This document shows positions 1-8,779 of a DNA stretch of 64,000 bases, one piece after another; position 1 is the first letter of the stretch, and each line of letters starts with the position of its first letter. This DNA is from Klebsiella phage K64-1, in the sequence record AB897757.1; one strand, given 5' to 3'. The translations under genes were made by a program, and so were the position numbers. Below the pieces are notes generated by a model that was not told the origin of the DNA, did no database searches, and saw only the letters and a list, made by a program, of their open reading frames with translations.

Positions 1-38
1 CAAAAACGCTACACTGCTTTTGTTGGAGGTAAAAAATA

Positions 39-443
39 ATGTTTGATTATCGTAAACTAATGGAAGCACTTGATGCTATTGAAAATGGTGAAGACGTGCA
101 ACAGGACAGTGCTCCAGCAGCAAAAGAGGATGTGGTGGGGCATCTCAAGGATATCACCAATTCAATTATCGACATTCTTGATAAACTACAAAGTGGTGAT
201 GCCGATATGAATGAGGTTTGTAAAGATTTGCAAAAAACTAGTGACATTCTGTCAGCATTGGCATATAATGATTCTACTGATTCATATGAAGAATCTGATA
301 CAACTGATGATACCAGTACTGATGAAGTAACAGAAGATGTTGGTGTCGATGGTTATGAACCAACAGTGGATAATCAAGAACACCGTTCTTATAAAGAGAA
401 AAGTGCACCATCATATAGTTCTCGCCAAGGCTTTACTGGTTAA
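39..443 (+). CDS. hypothetical acidic protein (D/E/S/T-rich C-terminal half)
   Basis: 134-aa ORF preceded by ggaggtaaaaaataATG RBS; strongly acidic low-complexity tail; no recognisable family. Confidence 0.4.
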   Translation: MFDYRKLMEALDAIENGEDVQQDSAPAAKEDVVGHLKDITNSIIDILDKLQSGDADMNEVCKDLQKTSDILSALAYNDSTDSYEESDTTDDTSTDEVTEDVGVDGYEPTVDNQEHRSYKEKSAPSYSSRQGFTG

Positions 444-455
444 GTGATATGATGT

Positions 456-833
456 ATGATGCCACGAGTTACCGACAGTACAAATTATCAGCTTGATGTA
501 CTTAATAAAGTTAAAGATGTTCATGAGTTAGAAGCTGATATCACTGATAGAATGCTACTAAGAAGCATATTTAACAATTACAGAAGTGGTGCTGGGTTAA
601 GATTAAGCAAGTTTGGATATGAAATTTGTACAGAAAATAATCTTTACGAATTTACAAAAATCCCCTTGCAACGAGAAATAAAAAGCTCTATAATCTTTAC
701 TGCGTTGGACAGAATATGTGTTAGTCCTTATTACTCTGATGGATGTTACATTTATTTGTCTGATGGTATGGTAGTTACTGAATTGACTTTTTGCTGTGAT
801 GATTTTAAAATACTTTTTGAAATGCACATGTAA
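456..833 (+). CDS. hypothetical protein
   Basis: 125-aa ORF immediately downstream of the previous gene; no recognisable motifs; start codon uncertain. Confidence 0.3.
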   Translation: MMPRVTDSTNYQLDVLNKVKDVHELEADITDRMLLRSIFNNYRSGAGLRLSKFGYEICTENNLYEFTKIPLQREIKSSIIFTALDRICVSPYYSDGCYIYLSDGMVVTELTFCCDDFKILFEMHM

Positions 834-864
834 AAAACACTTCGAAAAAAAATTAAAAAAATGT

Positions 865-892
865 TTGACAAAGCTGATTAATGTGATATAAT
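865..892 (+). promoter_or_regulatory. sigma70-type (early) promoter: TTGACA - 16 nt - TGaTATAAT, with A-rich UP-like tract upstream
   Basis: ttgaca at 865-870, extended -10 tgaTATAAT at 884-892; about 200 nt upstream of the ATPase gene. Confidence 0.55.
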
Positions 893-1002
893 GCTCAGCA
901 TAAAGACAAACAACATCAACGAATTTAATGATTGAATAGTTGATGAAATGTCATCATAATTAATGATGTACATTTTAAGTACCAAGGATGAATTACTAAG
1001 TT

Positions 1003-1050
1003 AGGACTGCTAAGTTAAAAATAAAAACTTTCAGTCCTTTACTTTTGCTT
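1003..1050 (+). promoter_or_regulatory. leader hairpin followed by U-rich tract in the 5' UTR of the AAA+ ATPase gene (possible attenuator or processing site)
   Basis: aggactg ... cagtcct 7-bp stem (1003-1009 / 1032-1038) followed by ttacttttgctt; lies between the promoter and the ATG. Confidence 0.25.
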
Positions 1051-1104
1051 ACGGAAAAGCTATCATATAAACGTAACGATTTCTTAAACCAAAAGGAAAA
1101 TACA

Positions 1105-2439
1105 ATGTCTAAAGCTGATCAAAACGATATCCTGAACGTAACTCTGACCCCAAAGAAAGCAAAAATGGCAATTGCTATTGCTGATAAAATCCAAGATTCT
1201 CTGATGATTTGGGGTTCCCCTGGTATCGGTAAATCTGCTATCGCACGTCAGTACGCTGATGAACAGTACCCGCTGCGTAAGGATAATGTTGGTAAACTCG
1301 AATTCATGCGTCAACAAGTTGAAGTTGCCGATGATTCCGAAAAAGCACAACTGCAACGCGAACTGGAAGCATTTGAAGCCAAACTGATTGACCAGGATTC
1401 AAACTTCATCGACTTCCGCCTGTCGCAAATTGAACCATCTGATCTCCGTGGTATTCCAGTACCAGAGAAAGTATATAAAGATGATAAAGGTAATATTCTG
1501 GCTGAATCTGACCTGGATCAAGTTAATAACTACATCGCAGAAACTGCTGTTGTGTGGGCTGCACCAAAAGTACTGAAACTTCCAGAAGACTGGAAAGGTG
1601 TTATCCTGTTTGATGAGATTAACTCTGCTATGCCAATTGTACAGGCTGCGTCTTATCAGCTAATTCTCGACCGCTGTGTTGGCGAAATGAAACTGCCGAA
1701 GACCGCTATGGTACTTGCAGCAGGGAACCGCGAAACTGATGGTGGTGTAACATTCGCACTGGCGACCCCACTGCGTGACCGTATGACCCATATTGAGATG
1801 GTACCATATCATCAGGATTGGATTGACGATTACGCAATTAGTAAGCGTGTTAACCCAGCAACCGTTGCGTTTATCAATAACACTGGTGCTAAGTACTTTA
1901 ACACACTGTCACCAAATGATCCGTCTCATAGCGGTGGTACCTCTCCACGTTCATGGGAAACCGTAGCTCGCTACGAAGATCTGAAAAAACAGGGTGCGAT
2001 TGATAAAGAAGTTTTCCGTGCACTGATTGCTGGTCGTGTTGGTGATGGTATTGCAACCGAGTACATCGAATATGTCGAAAACGTATCTAAACTACCAGAT
2101 ACCATGGCTATTCTGAATGGTGAGATTACCGAAATGGACTCTTCACTGGATATTTCAGCGAACTACTTTGTTTCACTGAACCTGGTGTATAAGATCATCG
2201 ATCTGTACTCAGAAAAACAGGCTAAACGCCTATCTGACAAAGAGTGGGGTCGTCTGGTGAACAATTTCATCCTGTTCCTGGATCACAACTTCAGTAACTG
2301 TCAAGATGAACTGTCTGTAATGGCGATTCGTACAATCACCAAAGCAAACGTCACTGTGAAATTTGCTGATGCTCCAGCGTTCCGTGACTTTGTTAAGAAG
2401 TATGAACAACTGGTTCGTGCAGCACGCTCTCTTGGTTAA
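1105..2439 (+). CDS. MoxR-like AAA+ ATPase (CobS-like)
   Basis: Walker A GSPGIGKS and Walker B-like ILFDEIN; size and motifs fit the MoxR/CobS family; good RBS aaaaggaaaatacaATG at 1105 (ORF track opens at 1045). Confidence 0.7.
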   Translation: MSKADQNDILNVTLTPKKAKMAIAIADKIQDSLMIWGSPGIGKSAIARQYADEQYPLRKDNVGKLEFMRQQVEVADDSEKAQLQRELEAFEAKLIDQDSNFIDFRLSQIEPSDLRGIPVPEKVYKDDKGNILAESDLDQVNNYIAETAVVWAAPKVLKLPEDWKGVILFDEINSAMPIVQAASYQLILDRCVGEMKLPKTAMVLAAGNRETDGGVTFALATPLRDRMTHIEMVPYHQDWIDDYAISKRVNPATVAFINNTGAKYFNTLSPNDPSHSGGTSPRSWETVARYEDLKKQGAIDKEVFRALIAGRVGDGIATEYIEYVENVSKLPDTMAILNGEITEMDSSLDISANYFVSLNLVYKIIDLYSEKQAKRLSDKEWGRLVNNFILFLDHNFSNCQDELSVMAIRTITKANVTVKFADAPAFRDFVKKYEQLVRAARSLG

Positions 2440-2467
2440 TAAAAAGTTGAAATAGTACTTTACAATA

Positions 2468-2497
2468 AGGATACCATTTGGTATCCTTATTTTTATC
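2468..2497 (+). terminator. rho-independent terminator
   Basis: aaggatacc-attt-ggtatcctt stem-loop followed by atttttat. Confidence 0.6.
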
Positions 2498-2532
2498 AAG
2501 AGGAAAGTGTTTTAATATACAAAGGGGTAATT

Positions 2533-3918
2533 ATGTCTGATTTTAAATTTGAAGAACCGAGTGTAGAATTGCAACGAGAGTGTCAGAACCGTATGATCAT
2601 TGCTCGTACTGCACTGATGTTGACTCATCCGTTTTTCGGTGTTCTTGCATCCCGCCTTCGTCCGGTAGCCAATAATACATGGTGCCGCACTATGGCTGTT
2701 GATGGTAAACATCTTTTCTATAACGTTGAATTCGTTATGGGTGTTCAAGATCCAGCAAAAAAAGATATGTACAAAGAAGCAATTCGTGAAAAACTACCAG
2801 ATGTTACAGAAGAGCAACTGGAAGCAATGACGAATGGACTAACGAATGAAAACATCATTGCAGTTATTTGTCATGAAATTCTGCACTGTGCATATGATCA
2901 TTTCCTGCGTCGAGGTATGCGTGATCCAAGACGTTTTAACCGTGCTGCTGACTATGCAATCAACCAAATCATTGATCGTGATGGTATTGGTAAACTACCT
3001 GATGGTTGTCTGCTGGATAAGAAGTTTGAAAACATGACCGCTGAAGAAATCTATCTTCTACTGGAAGAAGAAGAGCAGCAGGGGCAAGGTCAACAACAAA
3101 AACAGCAGGGTGGTTCAGGGGATGGTCAGGGTCAATCCAGGGGTACTATGGGTGATTTGGCTAATGGTAGTCCAAAGGGTTCTACTATTGACCAGCACGA
3201 CGTACCACAAGATGGTGAGAATGGTTCTGATGAAGAAACTCGTAAAGGTTATATGGATGATTTCAAACAAGCAATGATGAATGCTGCTCGTGCTGGTGGT
3301 ACACCCGCTGAAATCGCTCGTATGATTAAGAACTTCAAAGAACCAAAAATTGACTGGCGTTCTAAACTACAGCGTACTCTGCGTAGCTGGCTGAAATCCG
3401 ATGCTACTTATCAGACTCCTTCTCGTCGTTCGTGGAGTACTGGTTTTGGTGCCAAGGGTTCATTCTATGGTTCTCCTATCTATCCGGGTATGAAACCAGA
3501 TGAAGATATTGATATCGCAATTGCACTAGATGCATCCGGTTCAATTTCTGAAGATATGCTACGTGATTTCATCGGGGAAGTACTTGGTATTACCAAACAG
3601 TTTAAACAATTCAAAATTCGTATCATGACTTTTGATACCCAAGTTTATACGGTTAAAGACTATAAAACTGGAGAAGAGAAAAAAATTCTTGAATATCCAA
3701 TTTATGGTGGTGGTGGTACTGATTTCGATGCAGTTTGGGAACATATGAAACAAGACAATTATGTTCCTAAACAACTGATCATGTTTACCGATGGTGAACC
3801 ATGGCAATCATGGGGTGATCCAAACTATTGCAAAACTCTGTTTGTGATTCATAGTAATCCTAACAAAGAAGCACCATTTGGTGAAACAGTACATTACGAG
3901 TACGAGAAAAAACGTTAA
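2533..3918 (+). CDS. vWA-domain protein with N-terminal HExxH putative metallopeptidase domain (CobT/CoxE-like partner of the MoxR ATPase)
   Basis: HEILHCAYDH zinc-peptidase-like motif; Q/G-rich linker; MIDAS-like DASGS plus downstream FTDGEP typical of von Willebrand A domains; RBS aaaggggtaattATG. Confidence 0.65.
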   Translation: MSDFKFEEPSVELQRECQNRMIIARTALMLTHPFFGVLASRLRPVANNTWCRTMAVDGKHLFYNVEFVMGVQDPAKKDMYKEAIREKLPDVTEEQLEAMTNGLTNENIIAVICHEILHCAYDHFLRRGMRDPRRFNRAADYAINQIIDRDGIGKLPDGCLLDKKFENMTAEEIYLLLEEEEQQGQGQQQKQQGGSGDGQGQSRGTMGDLANGSPKGSTIDQHDVPQDGENGSDEETRKGYMDDFKQAMMNAARAGGTPAEIARMIKNFKEPKIDWRSKLQRTLRSWLKSDATYQTPSRRSWSTGFGAKGSFYGSPIYPGMKPDEDIDIAIALDASGSISEDMLRDFIGEVLGITKQFKQFKIRIMTFDTQVYTVKDYKTGEEKKILEYPIYGGGGTDFDAVWEHMKQDNYVPKQLIMFTDGEPWQSWGDPNYCKTLFVIHSNPNKEAPFGETVHYEYEKKR

Positions 3919-3925
3919 TAAACAA

Positions 3926-3962
3926 AAAGACGGACTTTTTAATGTCCGTCTTTGTTTTTTTT
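3926..3962 (+). terminator. rho-independent terminator
   Basis: aaagacggac-tttttaat-gtccgtcttt followed by a T8 run. Confidence 0.7.
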
Positions 3963-3989
3963 GAACAAAATAAATATTCCTGATATAAT
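3961..3989 (+). promoter_or_regulatory. sigma70-type promoter TTGAAC - 17 nt - TGaTATAAT
   Basis: ttgaac 3961-3966, extended -10 tgatataat 3981-3989; heads the five-gene operon ending in td. Confidence 0.55.
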
Positions 3990-4025
3990 TATTATGGAAA
4001 ATCACATTTACAAGGAAAGTGTATT

Positions 4026-4247
4026 ATGGAAAATGAAAATGTCCAACTTGAACTAGTTGATCTAATCAATGCAGCAAAAATTATGGAACACGCAATTAAA
4101 CTAAATGTCTTCACCGTAGAAGAACTGGTTTCTGTTGCTCCAGTAGTATCTAAATTTATCAAATTCGCTAATAATGCATTACAAGACTCTCAGAACCAGG
4201 ATTCTGAAAATTCAGAAACCACAGAAAGTGGTGACGTAAATGAGTAA
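4026..4247 (+). CDS. hypothetical small protein
   Basis: 73-aa ORF, RBS aaggaaagtgtattATG; first gene of a tightly overlapping operon. Confidence 0.45.
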   Translation: MENENVQLELVDLINAAKIMEHAIKLNVFTVEELVSVAPVVSKFIKFANNALQDSQNQDSENSETTESGDVNE

Positions 4248-4890
4248 TGTAGTACGTCATAAAGGCGTGATGCGAAATACTGGTTCACGTGTGTTCGTTG
4301 TTTTTCGTGAACTACCGGGTGAACCAGAATATTGTCTGGTTGTATTTCAAGATTCTCTACCAGAAGTATATACTTGGGCCGTTCGTGATCTAGTTTCAGG
4401 CCCAGGACAAAATAGTACTGAATTACATGAAATCATGAATGCAGTTGGTGTTCTTGATGGTCGTAAAATGCTGAATGTATTACATGAAGGTAAGTACTTA
4501 CGTAAAGTTCGTACTGCTGATGTGGACATGCATACTGGCGGAAATAACATTATTCCTCTTAATGTTCTTAATGAACGATTCAGTGCTAATCTTACCGAAG
4601 AATCAAAAATCAAAGATTACAACCCCTTTAATCCTGAAATGCAGGATACCAAAATCGAGGAAATGACTATTGTTTCTGAACTGATTAAAGAAGCTCAGAA
4701 ATATGAAAAACTTTCTAAAGATTACTACGAGCGTCTTTATAACCTTGAACCTTCTATGCGTCCACAGGGTGAAGTTAAAGAAAGTGAAGGTTTCTTTAGT
4801 ATCGAATTTCCTAACGATATTTCACAAACTAAAGCAATTGAAAAACTGAAAAAAGTATTCTTGGAGCGTAAAAATAATGCCAACGATTAG
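4240..4890 (+). CDS. hypothetical protein
   Basis: 216-aa ORF overlapping its neighbours by a few nt (translational coupling); no recognised motif. Confidence 0.45.
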   Translation: MSNVVRHKGVMRNTGSRVFVVFRELPGEPEYCLVVFQDSLPEVYTWAVRDLVSGPGQNSTELHEIMNAVGVLDGRKMLNVLHEGKYLRKVRTADVDMHTGGNNIIPLNVLNERFSANLTEESKIKDYNPFNPEMQDTKIEEMTIVSELIKEAQKYEKLSKDYYERLYNLEPSMRPQGEVKESEGFFSIEFPNDISQTKAIEKLKKVFLERKNNAND

Positions 4891-5182
4891 TATAGAAGAA
4901 ATTATTCTTATGCTAAAAGAAGAAAGGCAAAAACAAATTCATAGTCCAAATACTTTAGGTGATACAAATAAAACAAAAAATGACTGGACTGCATTATGTG
5001 CTTACTATTTGTTTGAAGGAGCAAGTAGACCAGATAAACATGTATCATTTGATGAATTCAGAACATCATTGATTAAAGCAGGTGCTGTTATTATTGCAGC
5101 ACTTGAAACGAGTTTCGCTTTAGAAGATGAAAAACTAAAAGACTTGATGAATAAGCTTGAGAATAATCATGACGAAGAATGA
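4877..5182 (+). CDS. hypothetical protein
   Basis: 101-aa ORF overlapping upstream and downstream genes. Confidence 0.4.
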   Translation: MPTISIEEIILMLKEERQKQIHSPNTLGDTNKTKNDWTALCAYYLFEGASRPDKHVSFDEFRTSLIKAGAVIIAALETSFALEDEKLKDLMNKLENNHDEE

Positions 5183-5759
5183 ACTTGATTCTTGGATCAG
5201 GTGTCAGACTAATACATTTTATAGTGGCGGAGCAGCAGGTGCTGACCGCCTTTTTACTTTATATGCAATTGAAAACGGTTTTGAATGTATCAATTTCTCT
5301 TTCAGTAAACATGTACATTATGTATCAGAAGAAACTGTACTGAGAATACCAGCAGATATATTAGGTGACAATGAAATATATAATGAATTAGTTAGAGCAT
5401 CCAGAAATTTATCGAAGAAAGTCCCACAAAAAAATACATACGTATATAACTTATTAGCTCGCAATAGCTATCAAATATTCAATACTGAACGTATATATTG
5501 TATTTCTACTTTAGTTTCTCCTAATACAGTTAGTGGTGGTACATCATGGGCTGTACAAATGTTGATTAATAAAGAAGAACACCCAGAAATATATTTGTAC
5601 GACTATTATGATAAATGCGTATATTCATACGATTCAGTACTAAAACAATTCACTGAAGTATTTTTTGTTCCCACCCCTCATGGAAACTGGACTGGAATAG
5701 GGTCAAGAAATGCCGAACCAAAACATTTAGAACATTTTAAAACATTTTTCAAGGATTAA
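5157..5759 (+). CDS. SLOG-like (YpsA/DprA-like Rossmann fold) putative nucleotide-binding protein
   Basis: YSGGAAGADRLF glycine-rich motif and a second G-rich loop VSGGTSWAV reminiscent of the SLOG/YpsA superfamily; directly upstream of thymidylate synthase. Confidence 0.3.
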   Translation: MRIIMTKNELDSWIRCQTNTFYSGGAAGADRLFTLYAIENGFECINFSFSKHVHYVSEETVLRIPADILGDNEIYNELVRASRNLSKKVPQKNTYVYNLLARNSYQIFNTERIYCISTLVSPNTVSGGTSWAVQMLINKEEHPEIYLYDYYDKCVYSYDSVLKQFTEVFFVPTPHGNWTGIGSRNAEPKHLEHFKTFFKD

Positions 5760-5761
5760 AA

Positions 5762-6691
5762 ATGAAACAACTATTAGACTTATATGATAAAATCTTGAAA
5801 GAAGGAGTGAAAAGTACAGACCGAACTGGGGTTGGTACTATTAAACTCGTAGGTCAACAAATGCGATTTGATCTAAATGAAGGCTTTCCAGCCGTAACAA
5901 CTAAACGTCTTGCGTGGAAGGCGATGTTATCAGAACTACTGTGGTTCATTGAAGGTTCCCATGATGAACGTCGTTTGTGTGAAATTCTTCATGGTACTCG
6001 TGACTGGAGTAAAAAAACAATCTGGACAGATAATTATCTCAAACAAGGTGTAGATCTTGGATATAGTGACGGTAATCTTGGTCCAGTATATGGTAAACAA
6101 TGGCGAGATTGGGTAGATTATAAATTTAGTTCTGATCCAAATGAAATTCAATTATTAAAAGATAAAGGTTATAAAGTATTAGATTATACCGGCTCGCATG
6201 GTGTTGTAATGCGTCGCAGTACTGATCAACTCATGAAAGTTATTGATGGTCTAAAAAATGATCCATATGGACGCCGACATATTCTAAGTGCATGGAATGT
6301 TGGTGAGCTTGATGATATGGCTCTTCAACCATGTCATAGTTTTGTTCAATGGGTAGTTAGTGATAATAAACTAAGTTGTATTCTGACCCAACGCTCAGCA
6401 GATACATTCTTGGGAGTTCCACTGAATATCACATCATATTCAGTACTCACCCATATGATAGCACAAATTACTGGATTAGAAGTTGGTGAATTTATCTGGA
6501 ACGGTGGAGATTGTCATATTTACTTGAATCATATCGAACAAGTAAAAGAACAATTATCACGAGATACAAAAGAATTACCAAAATTGTGGATAGACCCAAC
6601 AGTTACAGATATTACAAAATTTACAATGGATTCTGTTAAATTGATTGGATATGATCCACACCCGGTAATCAAAGCACCAATGGCAGTATAA
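5762..6691 (+). CDS. td: thymidylate synthase (ThyA/Td family), with a ~45-aa insertion
   Basis: Near-complete ThyA motif set: DRTGVGT, TTKR, LLWF, DLGPVYGKQWR, ILSAWNVGELD, catalytic ALQPCH, LSCILTQRSADTFLGVPLNITSY (Asn of the dUMP-specificity position retained), GYDPHP..IKAP at C-terminus. Confidence 0.9.
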   Translation: MKQLLDLYDKILKEGVKSTDRTGVGTIKLVGQQMRFDLNEGFPAVTTKRLAWKAMLSELLWFIEGSHDERRLCEILHGTRDWSKKTIWTDNYLKQGVDLGYSDGNLGPVYGKQWRDWVDYKFSSDPNEIQLLKDKGYKVLDYTGSHGVVMRRSTDQLMKVIDGLKNDPYGRRHILSAWNVGELDDMALQPCHSFVQWVVSDNKLSCILTQRSADTFLGVPLNITSYSVLTHMIAQITGLEVGEFIWNGGDCHIYLNHIEQVKEQLSRDTKELPKLWIDPTVTDITKFTMDSVKLIGYDPHPVIKAPMAV

Positions 6692-6696
6692 TATAA

Positions 6697-6727
6697 AAGG
6701 GAGACATTAAGTCTCCCTTTTTTTATA
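6697..6727. terminator. bidirectional rho-independent terminator between td (+) and the 510-aa gene (-)
   Basis: aagggagac-attaa-gtctccctt flanked by A-run and T-run. Confidence 0.7.
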
Positions 6728-8255
6728 CACCTACAACACAACGACCGAGGAATCTCATATCAGGTTCCATCGGAACTTGTAGTTTTACTTTATCCAGTTC
6801 AATTGACATATTCTCTACTGCAACATTTTCATAAAACCCATTTGACATAAGTTCTTGTACCTGTACTGACTTTGGTTCATCTACGGTAATGACCAATTCA
6901 TAGTTGATACCATCACTTGAAGGTACCCATGAAGACATATCAGAAATGTTTATTGTTTCGGAACCACTGATGCGTTTCCATTTACCACTGATTTTTTGAA
7001 TTAATGTATTAAAGCTAGGAGAAAAAGCTAACATACCATTTTCACCTAAAGTATTATTGGATGCATCAATAAATGGTGGTCTAAACCCGATCTCTGTTAA
7101 TTTAGTTTCCCCATTATAGCCATCAACCGTCGGATTTTGTGGGAAAAATAAAATTTCAGTATTTTTCCAACGCTGAACTTCTTTCGATGAGGCAGTTGCA
7201 GAAAACTCACCAGTTACCGAACCCCTGTGATATAAACCAGTACTACTATCAGACCATTTACTTGGGTCAATTCCGGGGTTTTCAGTTGGATCATAGGTCT
7301 TGTTGTTAAATGTAATCGCTGGTTTATCAACAGTACCATATGTTGCTGCAAAACGTCCCTCAGCTTCTGAAATACCATCATCATACATTGCATCACCGGT
7401 TCTACGTAAACCATCTAAACCATATAAATCAAGTACGGATTGTACATCGGAAACTGATGTTGGGAATTGTCGTCCATATGAATTTACTAGTTTATTATCA
7501 AATGTAACACTTGTGGCTGCAATACGGGTAGCATATTGACGAAGACTTTGCCATTTAGTACCAGTACTGATGATCCAGTCACTATCACGTAAGCCTGGGT
7601 CATAACTAGCATTACCAACCTCGAATTGTTCTGTTAGATCTGGGTCTGATGTTAATGATATAAGACCTTCATGACCAGTAGTTGGGATTTGATCTACATT
7701 AAATCTTGCATAAGCAGAGGTAACTGATTTAGAACCATTACCATCTGTGGTAAAATAATATTTAATTTCCAACCAGTCACCCTCACCTGATGGGTTGGTT
7801 GGTGTGAATATAACTGGTGATGTTGAAGGATTTGTAGTACTCATGTGAGTAGTAGCTAGATCAACAATACCACGAGTTACGTAATAATGACCTGAATTGG
7901 TTGAGTCCGTTGGTGGTAGATTATCGTAAACCGAAATTTCTGATGGTGGATCTACATCATCGGTATTTGGATTAAAAGTACCTTTATATGTCATACCATT
8001 CAATAATGTATCTGGTAAATTTGCAATTGAAATTTTACCATTAGCATCTAATTGAACAAAACGTCGATATTCTACTGTATCATCTAATAATTGTAATGTA
8101 CCTTCAAAAGCTTCCCATTCACTATTATAACGAATCATTCCCGGACGTTTAATGTCATTTGGTGGATTTTTCAATAGTGCTTTTGGTAATTCCAAGAAGC
8201 CATTAGTACTATCGATAATAACACCAGAATCACCACGTATTCTATATATACTCAT
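6723..8255 (-). CDS. putative tail fibre / receptor-binding protein
   Basis: 510-aa ORF, S/T/N/G-rich, clustered with the collagen-like fibre gene on the same strand; no specific family recognised. Confidence 0.35.
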   Translation of the reverse strand: MSIYRIRGDSGVIIDSTNGFLELPKALLKNPPNDIKRPGMIRYNSEWEAFEGTLQLLDDTVEYRRFVQLDANGKISIANLPDTLLNGMTYKGTFNPNTDDVDPPSEISVYDNLPPTDSTNSGHYYVTRGIVDLATTHMSTTNPSTSPVIFTPTNPSGEGDWLEIKYYFTTDGNGSKSVTSAYARFNVDQIPTTGHEGLISLTSDPDLTEQFEVGNASYDPGLRDSDWIISTGTKWQSLRQYATRIAATSVTFDNKLVNSYGRQFPTSVSDVQSVLDLYGLDGLRRTGDAMYDDGISEAEGRFAATYGTVDKPAITFNNKTYDPTENPGIDPSKWSDSSTGLYHRGSVTGEFSATASSKEVQRWKNTEILFFPQNPTVDGYNGETKLTEIGFRPPFIDASNNTLGENGMLAFSPSFNTLIQKISGKWKRISGSETINISDMSSWVPSSDGINYELVITVDEPKSVQVQELMSNGFYENVAVENMSIELDKVKLQVPMEPDMRFLGRCVVGV

Positions 8256-8419
8256 TTATATATTTCCTCAATAAGTAATATTGTATATGGTATTTATTTT
8301 TCGATAATAAAAAAAGTTATTCTTGGAATTATATGTTTACACACAAACTACGGTACTTTTTCCATGAAAAATATATTCTTTATTTTTAATAAATTATTAT
8401 ATCAAAATCTTGAACCGTA

Positions 8420-8767
8420 TTATACAGATGGTATACTAATAAGGGGTTTCCATATACCGTTGTCTTTGATAAAAATATTAACGATGTTGGTTGTATCAAT
8501 TTGGTAATATACATTACCATCTTCACCTGTACTGGAATCTGGAATATCTGTTCCTCGTAATATAGTACTGTTTAATTTAGTATTAAGATGGTTTAATGTA
8601 ACCAGATGTTGATCTTTGGTAGGTTCACCAGCTTCCACTGGCAATAATAGTGTGCCTTCGTAATTATAAATTTTTACATCGGTACCATCTGTGCTTAATT
8701 TTGCACCATTTTTACCAAGAACAAAATCCTTCTTCATAGTCCCTTCTAAGTTAGAAAAAATTGCCAT
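8420..8767 (-). CDS. small tail-fibre-associated protein
   Basis: 115-aa ORF between two fibre-like genes; C-terminal GEDGNVYYQID...IWKPL resembles fibre tip/assembly motifs. Confidence 0.3.
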   Translation of the reverse strand: MAIFSNLEGTMKKDFVLGKNGAKLSTDGTDVKIYNYEGTLLLPVEAGEPTKDQHLVTLNHLNTKLNSTILRGTDIPDSSTGEDGNVYYQIDTTNIVNIFIKDNGIWKPLISIPSV

Positions 8768-8779
8768 TATATCATCTCC

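Noticed and set aside
47-2499. Short antisense ORFs from the six-frame track nested inside larger genes (for example 47-247, 603-827, 1084-1356, 2230-2499 and many others)
   Set aside because: They are embedded in the opposite strand of well-supported genes, lack RBSs and have low-complexity translations. They are typical spurious ORFs in AT-rich DNA.
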